From Perkinsela sp. CCAP 1560/9 (Eukaryota > Protista > Euglenozoa: Kinetoplastea): a DNA stretch of 64,000 nucleotides. This document shows, one piece after another, positions 12,416 to 21,932 of the stretch (within the stretch, counting starts at the first letter, position 1; each line of letters starts with the position of its first letter). The position numbers and the translations under genes were made by a program. The stretch lies in NCBI GenBank assembly GCA_965644495.1, contig CBFFSA010000004.1, positions 1-64,000 on the forward strand. Reading direction: 5' to 3'. Below the pieces are notes generated by a model, which saw only the letters and a list, made by a program, of their open reading frames with translations, was not told the origin of the DNA and made no database searches.

Positions 12416-13272
12416 AAGGCGAAGATTAATTGACAAAGAAAAGTGATACAGGAAGAAAGTTTTTTTCTTTGTCGAAGAAGTGAATTTCTAAAACGTAGTT
12501 TTCCGGGGTTTTTTCAGTGCACGTTTTCATGTTTTTCTTCTCCACTTTTTCTCCTCTAAAAGCCCATACTGTTCTGTTTAACAAGTAAAGTACTACTCGT
12601 TCTCCAAATCTATATTTTCATTCTCCTAAATTTTCGTTCTCCAAATTGTCCATCGTTCTCCAAATTTTTCTTTTCTAGGCTCTTCGTTAAACGCGGAGGT
12701 AGCTTTCAACGCGAAGCGCGCAGCAGTGGTGCCTTCTAAGTTGAAAACAACCACCGCGTTTAACGAAGAGCCTGGAAAAGAATACAACCACCGCAATAAC
12801 ACATTTATTTTTCTTTTTTAGGCTCTTCGTTAAACGCGGTGGTAGTTTTCAACGTGAAGCGCGCAGCATGAGTGACTTCTAAGTTGGTGATCTCCAAAAG
12901 ATCATGAATAATCTACTTTTTTGGGGGGAAAAGCTCGATTTTTCGGCAACAATTGCGAAATATTACACCGAATTTGGGCCGTTTTGGATGCCCTTAATCT
13001 GTCGACAAAAACGCCGCAGAATGGTAGGTGAGGTCCCAAACTCTCCAAATACGGTTTAGGAGTCGATTTTGGAAAAATAATATTTTTGCTTTTTTCGGAA
13101 TTTTTGACCTTGTCGGACCCCTCCCGCGCGTACCAGGGGGGGGGGTACCCCACTCGCACCTTTATCTGGCATAAAAAGTGGCCCACTTATATTGCATACT
13201 AAGCTGCACCTTTATATTGCATAATTCACCTTTATATGGCATATTAAGCTGCACCTTTATATTGCATAAATT

Positions 13273-13746
13273 CTACACCTTTGTCTGGCATAAAAGTTGA
13301 AAAAAAATCGATAACTTGGTGAGACAGATCTCTCCGGAAAAATTGTTGTTACTCAAGACCATATAGGCTATATTACCTGGAAGCGCAGTGAGGTCAGCCT
13401 TTCCACGAAAAAAATTACCATCAATGCAGAAATTAAGAAGCTTCGGTGGCAGCTCCGTAAAAGGTACCTCACCTTCCAGTCCATTACTGTAGAGTTTTAA
13501 AATAACCAGAGCATGAGGGAGAAATTCCCACCGAAGAATCCCCGAAAGGCGGAATCGATGCCATTCAATTTCAGTAACATGGCCTTCCTCATCGCATGTG
13601 ATTCCACTCCACCTACAAGCGGGAGTGTCTATATTCCATGACGGCCGATGAAGTTTCACGTTTTCAATGAGATGCGCAAGTTGATATTCTGGAGGCGGCA
13701 AGTTTCCTCGCACCTTTGCAGCCTCCAGTGGAATGCTCGTGTTCAT
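13273..13746 (-). pseudogene. 3'-truncated LRR gene (copy of the gene at 25286)
   Basis: 13312-14052 is nearly identical to 25556-26300. It breaks after EICLTKL. Confidence 0.9.
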
Positions 13747-14052
13747 ACGTCTGCTAGGGAAATAAGAAAAGTTGAATGAAGCACATAATTCTTGCATAAA
13801 AACAAGTTGGAAATCGGAAAATCGTAATAAGTCATGTTCCGTGTTAGTAACACGAAAGTAAGGGCGGCAAAGCTCTTCGTTAGGGGAGAGAGACCTCTTG
13901 TTTGCAACAACAATGAGCAAAAACGAAAAAAAAAGAATCAAAATTCCCCACGACGGGGGGGGGGAGGTCAATAACCTCCCCTATACTTACGTATCTCCAT
14001 TGTTTTTTTTGTATATTTTACGTTGCAAAGCCCATCACCGGTAAAGTGACTA

Positions 14053-14948
14053 ATTGCGGTGGTTGTAAAACTACCGCTCTACACTCGATTATTGAAAAAA
14101 AAGTGAACAAAAACAGTGAAAATATAAAGGGGAACACAGTAATATAATAGAAGAAAAAAATATAAAAGGGGGCTCCGGTGGTCCAAAACTGAAAAAAAAA
14201 TTTGAAAAAAATGGGGGGTCCATGGGGGGGGTCCAGGTGGGGGGTCCAGGTGGGGGGTGGCATGGTCGAGCAAATTTTTTCGAAAAAATTAGTTTTCGAA
14301 AAAAAACCGCAGAAAGGGTAGCCGGGGTCTTGGCGCGCATTTTCCACCCCCCTACCCGGGGGTGACCCCCCCGCGTATCCGCAGGACGGGTCCGCCAAGT
14401 TCGGATTTTTTCGGAAAAAAAAATTTGAAAAAAAATTCAACTTAGCTAAAAAAATGACAAAAAAAATATTTTTCCAAAATCGTTTCCCCTATTGTATTTT
14501 GATAGTTTGGGACCTACACTAACTTTCTACGCAGTTGTTTTCGCAAGGTATCACTTCTTCGAACTGTGGTGCGCCCCCGAAAATGACCCATTTTTGACTA
14601 AAAAGGTGAAAAAGTATTTTTCGGACCCCAAGGGTCATTTTAGTGTCGAAAGAATGGTATGGTTGGAGTCGCATTCTCTACCCAATACGTTCGGTAGGCT
14701 TCCATTCATGCCTGCGAGTGATTTCCCACGCGCAAATGTCGGATTTAGTGCTCTGAGAGCAAAAATATGCGAAAATGACCCCATTTTTACCCGAATTTCG
14801 GCTATTTTTGGCTATAATCTTTCCGTTTTCCAGGCTAAATTTTCTTTTTTAGGCTCTTCGTTAAACGCGGCGGTAGTTTTCAACGCGAAGCGCGCAGCAT
14901 GAGTGACTTCTAAGTTGAAAGCAACCACCGCGTTTAACGAAGAGCTTA
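14053..14948 (-). repeat. Full-length R1 repeat
   Basis: Runs from ATTGCGGTGGTTGT to the 98-bp hairpin. Confidence 0.92.
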
Positions 14949-15857
14949 AAAAAGAATTATAAAGGTGCACTATGCAATATAAAGGTGATTATACAATATA
15001 AAGGTGCAGCTTAATATGCAAAATGAAGGTGCCGCTGAATATGCAATATCAAGGTGAATTATGCAATATTAAGGTGCCTTATGCAATATAAAGGTGCATT
15101 ATGCCAGATAAAGGTGAATTCATGCCAGATAAAGGTGAATTCATGCAATATAAAGTGCCACTTTTTATGCAAGATAATGGTGCGGGTGCCTACCCCCAGG
15201 TGGGCGGGTGGAAAGTCATCGCCGCGGCCTACTCTACCACTTCCCTGCGCTCGATTTCGAAAATCAAGATTTTGAAAATTTCAAAAAATGTATATGCCCC
15301 CCCCCCCCTGGACTCCCCATTTTTTTCAATTTTGGACCACCGGGGCCCCCCTTTCAATTTTTTCTTCTATTATATTACAGTGCGTGGTGTTATTACGGGA
15401 CGGGTATTTAAGGGACAATATTGAGGCCACGATTTGTGGCCCGATTTCATGCCCGATATCGCGCCCGATATCGTTTCAGGTGAGTTTTCTAAAAAAAAGT
15501 TTACAAAGACGTATGAATCGAATTGAGTGACAAGATCACTAGTTTTTCAACAATTCCGATGGGTACCCCCTGCCCCCCCTCCCCACCAGGGTGATCATAG
15601 CAATTTCTGAAATCAGAGGAAGGAGGAGGCGCAAGGCACAAAGGCAGAAGGCGTAGCCTTCTGTCCTTTTGCCGCGGCGACGACGACTTCCTCGCGTGGG
15701 AAGCTGTAAGAGGTCCTAGGGAGCATCTTTCGATGGCTCTGTAACCCAGGCTAAAGTGGACGAGGGAGATACTAAAGGCGCCTTTGGCAAACTACCACAA
15801 AACTGGAACGATATCTCCCGGTTTATATATATTTTATATATAAAAAGGGGGCTCCGG

Positions 15858-17051
15858 TATATTTATAAAAGGGGGCTCCGGTGGTCCAAAATTTTAAAAA
15901 AAATTGAAAAAAATGGGGGTCCATCGGGGGGGGGGGCACAAGTCGCTTTTTGAAAATCTTGATTTTCGAAATCGAGCGCAGGGAAGTGGTAGAGTAGGCC
16001 GCGGCGATGACGTTCCACGACCACCACCTGTGTGTACCCCCCCCCCCTGGTACGCGCTGGAGGGGTCCGACAAGGTCAAAAATTCCGAATTTTTTGGGAT
16101 GACCAAAAAAATTTTTTTTGGACCCGGAAAAAAGTAAAAATTTTATTTTTCCAAAATCGACTCCTAAAACGTGTTTTAGGAGTTTGGTTTCTCGAAAAAA
16201 ACCCGCAGCAGCGGTGGCCGGGGTCTTGGCGCGCATTTTCCACCCCCCTACCCGGGGGTGACCCCCCCGCGTATCCGCAGGACGGGTCCGCCAAGTTCGG
16301 ATTTTTTCGGAAAAAAAAATGTGAAAAAATTTCAACTTGGCGAAAAAAATGGCAAAAAAAAATATTTTTCCAAAATCGTTTCCCCTATTGTATTTTGATA
16401 GTTTGGGACCTACACTAGCTTTCTCCGCAGTTGTTTTCGCAAGGTATCACTTCTTGACCCCCCGCGTTCGCCAAGTTCGGATTTTGAAAGAACGGGTCCG
16501 CCAAGTTCGGATTTTTTCGGAAAAAAAATTCAACTTGGCGAAAAAAACGGTAAAAAAAATATTTTTTCAACCTTTTTGCCCTATTGTATTTTGACAGTTT
16601 GGGACCTATACTAGCTTTCTGCGCAGTTGTTTTCGCAAGATATCACTTCGTGGAGCCGTGGCACGCCTCCCACAATAGCCCATTTTTGACCAAAAAGTGC
16701 GAAAAAATAATTTTCGGACCTAATGGGGTCTTTTTATGTCAAAAGAATGGTGTGGTTGGAGTCGCATTCTCTGCCCAATACGTTTAGTAGGCTTTCATTC
16801 ACGCCTACGAGTGATTTTTCACACGCAAATACAAGATTTAGTGCTCTGAGAGCAAGAATACGCAAAAATTACCCCATTTTTATCTGAAAATCGGCTAATT
16901 TTGGCCATAATCCTTGTGTTTTCTTTAGCTTTCCAGGCCGAATTTTCTTTTTTAGGCTCTTCGTTAAACGCGGTGGTAGTTTTCAACGCGGAGCGCGTAG
17001 CATGAGGGACTTCTAAGTTGAAAACAACCACCGCGTTTAACGAAGAGCCTA
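15858..17051 (-). repeat. Rearranged R1 copy with internal duplication
   Basis: R1 blocks with the GCCAAGTTCGGATTTT segment repeated, ending in the 98-bp hairpin. Confidence 0.85.
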
Positions 17052-17518
17052 AAAAAGAAAAGCTTATTTTCAACCCCTTGCAAAAAATTACATTTTTGCT
17101 ACACAGTTAACATAAAAAATGGGTAACCTCGATTGTGCTCCCGGTGAGGCCCCGGAGTTGCGAGAGGCCTCCATACCCCACAACATGTGCATTATGACAG
17201 ATAAGGGTGCATTGTGACAGATACGGGAGCATTTATGACAGATCAGGGTGCGAGTTTCTATGACAGATAAGGGTGCGGGTAGAGTAGGTGGTGGTAGAGT
17301 AGGCCGCGGCGATAATTCCCCCCCGCCCCCCCCCCCCCCTCACACACATGTGGGGGTTACCACTCCCTGTAAACGCGGAGGTAGTTTTCAACGCGAAGCG
17401 CGCAGCTGTGGCCTTGGGGGGAACCACGACTGTATGTTGGATTGCCAAGCGTTGAAACAGAAATGTTGAAAGTCCTAAAAAAGGATAAACAAGCGCACAT
17501 TGAGACCATGTGACTAAG

Positions 17519-19735
17519 TTAGCTCTCTACGCTATAGTCCCACATAAGCACTTTATGTGCCCCAGATGCATCACAAGCCTCCCGAAAAAACCGCGAAACG
17601 TTTTTCTGCTGTTCTTTCCCCGAGCACAACACCACAGCAATACCACCACATCCCGTACCCGAGAGCTTTGCACCGAGCACTCCGTTTCTGGATGTCGCGT
17701 TTTGTACAATCCATTCCAGGGCCTCACAGGAGACCCCGATGTCTTGTAGCAATGCGTGATTATTTGTCATGGCGTTTCCCAGAGCTTCGAGTGAGAGCGT
17801 AGAGGAACTCAGCGAATGTAAAACGGGAAGAAGAACATCCACACGATAACGGCACAAAATTTGATAAAACCAACACGGATGAGCTAATGCACGACTTCGT
17901 ACCGCCTCCACCACCTGTGCGGTACTCGAGGTAATTCCTGTCGAGAGAACTAGCAAAGAAAGAACTCGTTTTTGGGTATTCTCATCGTTCGGTGTGGCTT
18001 CCCCTCGATTTTTCCGTGCTCCTCGAAGTATCGTAAAGCAACATCCCTCGCCTTGGATCGTATCCCCGGCGGATTCTATTCTGCTCACCATTTCCCAATA
18101 CTCCTTCATTTCTACCTCCTTTCTTTCCTCCTTGATAGCTTTTTCACCTTCTTTTCTAGCCTTTTCTTCTTTTCTCGTTTCCTCTTTTTCGCTCTTTTTT
18201 TCGTTGCCCGTTTCTTCTTCTTTTCTCGTTTCTTTTTCTTTTCTATCTTCCTCTTTTTCCTTTCTGTCTTCTTCTACTCTTTTCGTTTCTTCTTCTCTTT
18301 CCATTTCTTCTTTTTCTGTTCTACTTTCGCCTTCTTCTTTTCTATCTTCTTCTTTTTCCTTTCTATCTTCTCCTTCTTTTCTATTTTCTTCTTCTTTTTC
18401 CTTTCTATCTTCTTCTTTCTTTCCACCATCTTCTTCCTTTTCCTTTCCACCTCCTTCTCCTCTACCCCCCCTCCCCCCTCTCCGGTACAGCAGCACCCCC
18501 CCGTAGGTCGCGGCCGTGTTGTCCACGCCCGAGGGGTTGCCGTGGTACCCGCGCTCCCCGGCGTACCCGCTGCGGTTGATCGCGCGCTCGCTGAGGCCGA
18601 GCCCGTAGAGACTGCTGAGGGCGCGGGAGAGGGCGACGACGTCCGCGGCGCTGGCCCCGACGCCGGAGACCGCGGTGAGGGGGCCGTGGAGGGTGAGGGA
18701 GAGAGAGAGTGAAGGAGATTGAGGGGATAGAGAGGATTGAGGGGATAGAGAGGATTTGGAGGATAGAGAGGATTTGGAGGATAGAGAGGATTCGGAGGAT
18801 AGAGAGGATTTGGAGGATAGAGAGGATTTGGAGGATAGAGAGGATTTGGAGGATAGAGAGGATTTGGAGGATAGAGAGGATTTGGAGGATAGAGAGGATT
18901 CGGAGGATAGAGAAGAAGAAGGAGGAGGAGAAGACGCTGAAATGGAGATAGGGTCTTTTGTAGGAGACCATTTTGTGTTTTCTGGAAGGTTATTTGACGA
19001 TGTAGAAGACACAGATGAAGGCACAGAGGAATAAGGCACAGAAGAAGATGCAGAAGACGACTCTCTGCTTCCTGGAGTCGTATTTGACGATGCAGAAGTG
19101 CGATCCGATTCGTTGGAAACCACTTTTAAGTTTTCTGCATTCGACGACAAACCGTTTGGTTTTATCGGTTTACCATCCCCGCTCACAGAAACAGGCGTTA
19201 CGCTCGTTTCACTCTCACCACCTTCGTCCGTACTCCAGTCAAATAATGCAGTAAACCGTTTGTTCTTGTCTTTTGGTGCCTCACTTGTTTCACTTCCATT
19301 TTCAACTTCATTCACGTCTAAAAGCGAAATTTGAAAGAGATGCTCCAAAACAAGACGATGCGCTTTGCGTTGTTCAAATCGTTTCTCGTGTTTGTATCCC
19401 GGGACTGCGGGACGACGATCCGTGACTTCCATTCGGATTATAGGAAGTGTGGATAAGTATGAATCGATGTTGTTGTTTAAAGAAGGAGAAGTGTTTTCGA
19501 AGTTGTTGTTTAAAAACGGAGCGCTGCTATGAGCAAATTGGCTAAAAAGCGAAGCATCAGGACATTGCAGCACTTGAATCGAACACGCGGTGTACTCCGA
19601 GACCGCCGCGACGAGTGCGGGCTCGCCGTAGACCACAAAGTGTTCCCCAAAGAGAATCACTTTACCGTACCCTTTGTGGAGTTCCGTGGTGTGGGTTTTG
19701 TGGGGGAAGAAAATACAGGGGGGAGGAGGTGACAT
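17519..19735 (-). CDS. MVK: Mevalonate kinase (trypanosomatid type) with large low-complexity insertions
   Basis: Motifs GKVILFGEHFVVYG, RPAVPGY, GVGASAA, HGNPSGVDN, GAKLSGTGCGG. Confidence 0.93.
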   Translation of the reverse strand: MSPPPPCIFFPHKTHTTELHKGYGKVILFGEHFVVYGEPALVAAVSEYTACSIQVLQCPDASLFSQFAHSSAPFLNNNFENTSPSLNNNIDSYLSTLPIIRMEVTDRRPAVPGYKHEKRFEQRKAHRLVLEHLFQISLLDVNEVENGSETSEAPKDKNKRFTALFDWSTDEGGESETSVTPVSVSGDGKPIKPNGLSSNAENLKVVSNESDRTSASSNTTPGSRESSSASSSVPYSSVPSSVSSTSSNNLPENTKWSPTKDPISISASSPPPSSSLSSESSLSSKSSLSSKSSLSSKSSLSSKSSLSSKSSLSSESSLSSKSSLSSKSSLSPQSSLSPQSPSLSLSLTLHGPLTAVSGVGASAADVVALSRALSSLYGLGLSERAINRSGYAGERGYHGNPSGVDNTAATYGGVLLYRRGGRGGRGEGGGKEKEEDGGKKEEDRKEKEEENRKEGEDRKEKEEDRKEEGESRTEKEEMEREEETKRVEEDRKEKEEDRKEKETRKEEETGNEKKSEKEETRKEEKARKEGEKAIKEERKEVEMKEYWEMVSRIESAGDTIQGEGCCFTILRGARKNRGEATPNDENTQKRVLSLLVLSTGITSSTAQVVEAVRSRALAHPCWFYQILCRYRVDVLLPVLHSLSSSTLSLEALGNAMTNNHALLQDIGVSCEALEWIVQNATSRNGVLGAKLSGTGCGGIAVVLCSGKEQQKNVSRFFREACDASGAHKVLMWDYSVES
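18715..18910. repeat. 18-bp coding minisatellite (SSLSSK)n
   Basis: GGAGGATAGAGAGGATTT repeated about 10 times inside MVK. Confidence 0.95.
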
Positions 19736-20125
19736 GGGGGTAAGGGGTGAGAGGGGGAAGAAAAGGGATAGAAAATGAGTTTTCTATTGGTTTCTGTGGA
19801 GATGGTGGGGATCGATTGATTCATTTTGAAACGTTGTGAACCACAACGTTCTCCATCAAAACTAAACTCAAAATCTGCAACGCTTGTAAAATTTAGGAAA
19901 GCGTGTTGCTGTAGTTTGTAGGCTTATATCTACAGTATGTAAGCTATCACAGCGCTTCATATTAGAATGTTCCTGTACTGTAAATTGTAGCACGAACAAG
20001 CTTTGCACTCGATTTCCAATAACATTAAAAGCATAAAACACCATATCTCCCCCTTTTTCATATTCTACACCCTTCGTTTCTTATGATTTCAAACAAAATC
20101 TCTATAAACCACATTTTCCCCTCTT

Positions 20126-21475
20126 TCACTCATTCGGAGCGCTCGACAACAGCTCTCGCGCGTGTTCCACAACCTGCTCTTTATCATGCAGCGCTAACAA
20201 CGTCTCGTCCTTGAAATAGATCACCAAATCGTGTAGTTTTCTTTGATACATCTCCGCCTCTTTTTTATACCGCAGCAACGCCTCCTCGTTTCTTCCCATC
20301 CCTCGAGAGCTTAGGCTATTCCCTGAAAAACTTGGTCCTCTCGTAAAACGATTGGAACTTACAGACGATGAAAAAGTGCCTTGCGTGGGGGTTCGTGGTT
20401 GTGTCCTCAAATTCGCTCGTACTCCAGTTTCTCGAACACTCGATACCCTTGAAGAAACAGCAGCATTCGTATTTTTACTCAAACCATTCGATCGCGACAT
20501 GAAACCCGTTCGATTTGTCGAAACACTCGAGGAGCGTTGGGTGGGATACGACAAATTCGATGTCGTTGGGGTTCTCGATGATCGGGGAAGCACACCCTTT
20601 TGGTTTTTATCCTTTACGGCGGCGCTCATTTGAGATAAACTCCCGGAAGGCACCGTACGCTGTCTCGAGGCACTACGCACTCTCCCGAGTGCTTTTCCCA
20701 GCGGGGTCTCAAACGAGGAAGAAGGCAGAGGTGGTCGAATGCTGGGCTCGAAATCAAAATTCCCCTCCCCGTGCGCGTCCAACGCATAAGAACCCATTTT
20801 CGAAAAAGGTGTGCGATGCGCAGAGGAACACGACGAAAACAAACCCCGCTGTCCGGACACCGCCCCGGTTTTACTTCTCTCCTTTTGCATCCCCACCACC
20901 GCGCTTGTCCCCCCAACACTCGGGGCTCGACTACTTTTTCCCACACTCCCTGCACGATACGAATTCACACTCGACCGTGTCAACCGCGGAGAGGTTCGTC
21001 CTAAACGACCTCCAGAGCTACTTGAGAGCTCTTTTACCCCCCCTAGCCCCCCATATTGTCGTTTTTGTGGGATTTGTTGTTGGGTTTCTTCTTCCCCCCT
21101 TTTCTCTCCCCCCCACCCCCACCCCCCTACCCTCTCACTCTGCCCCTTCATCCACTGCAGCAACTCTAAATTATGCTGAAAGTTCCCCGCGGCTAATTTG
21201 CGTACCTCCAACTCCTTCGTCGTACACTCTGCCGCAAACAGCTCTTGCAGTAATTTAAAATTATGCAGCGCCTCCGAAGGGGAGCGCACGGGGGAGCGGA
21301 CCCGGTGCCGGGGACATGGCGTGGAGCTTAAATAAGAAAATAAAAAAACAAAGGCCTCCCCGGAGCCGCATTGCTCGATGGAGGTGTAGGAGAGTCCCAG
21401 GACGGTGTTGAGCCAGGAAAGGCAGTCGGAGCGGGAAGAGGAAGAGGGGGGAGGGCAGGATAAGGGGTCGGACAT
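20126..21475 (-). CDS. EB1: EB1-like microtubule plus-end binding protein
   Basis: N-terminal CH domain (LSWLN..IEQCGSG..HNFKLLQ..FQHNLELLQW), S/R-rich linker and short C-terminal coiled coil. Confidence 0.82.
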   Translation of the reverse strand: MSDPLSCPPPSSSSRSDCLSWLNTVLGLSYTSIEQCGSGEAFVFLFSYLSSTPCPRHRVRSPVRSPSEALHNFKLLQELFAAECTTKELEVRKLAAGNFQHNLELLQWMKGQSERVGGWGWGGEKRGEEETQQQIPQKRQYGGLGGVKELSSSSGGRLGRTSPRLTRSSVNSYRAGSVGKSSRAPSVGGTSAVVGMQKERSKTGAVSGQRGLFSSCSSAHRTPFSKMGSYALDAHGEGNFDFEPSIRPPLPSSSFETPLGKALGRVRSASRQRTVPSGSLSQMSAAVKDKNQKGVLPRSSRTPTTSNLSYPTQRSSSVSTNRTGFMSRSNGLSKNTNAAVSSRVSSVRETGVRANLRTQPRTPTQGTFSSSVSSNRFTRGPSFSGNSLSSRGMGRNEEALLRYKKEAEMYQRKLHDLVIYFKDETLLALHDKEQVVEHARELLSSAPNE

Positions 21476-21932
21476 GGTATTTAGAAGGCTTGGATAAGGG
21501 TATAAGGGGTGTTTGGGGTATAAAAGGGTTTTTAGGAGATAAAAAAGAAAGAGAGAGAGGTGAAGAAGATAGGGGAGAGGGTGGGGATATGGGAAAGAAA
21601 AGGGTAGGAGAGAAAGAAGGAAAAAGAAGGAGGTAACAAAAGAGGTATTTTTTCTATAAATACGTTTTTGTTATTGTTACTATTCACATTTAACGTGTTT
21701 CTAAAAAAAGCAAAAAAATTAGAAGTCACGCAAAAAAGCAACACTGCCAACCAAATGCTTAAACTTAAACACGGGCACTAAATTCTAAGAAGAATTCAGA
21801 CCCAAATTGAAGATAAAAAACACATGAGAAAAAGCTTTACTTTCGTTATTTGCTATCTGATCCCCACAAATATACAAACCCCTTCGAAAGCAAAAAAACT
21901 CATATCTATTCTTCCACTCCCCGCTCTCCGCC

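Larger units (their letters stand above)
13148..15190. mobile_element. TA-flanked TIR element carrying a captured LRR gene fragment and an R1 copy
   Basis: Inverted ~150-230 bp arms built from a ~20-bp minisatellite (AATATAAAGGTG..), TA at 13146-47 and 15191-92. The empty site is seen at ~15990-16075(-). Confidence 0.85.

Noticed and set aside
15617-15745. HDV-like ribozyme at CTTCCTCGCGTGGGAAG
   Set aside because: Only a simple hairpin forms. No consistent P1/P2/P4 or J4/2 could be built.
13150-17280. CRISPR-like arrays (20-bp units at 13150-13300, 14960-15175, 17190-17275)
   Set aside because: They are degenerate tandem units without unique spacers, no cas genes are present, and two of them form TIR arms.
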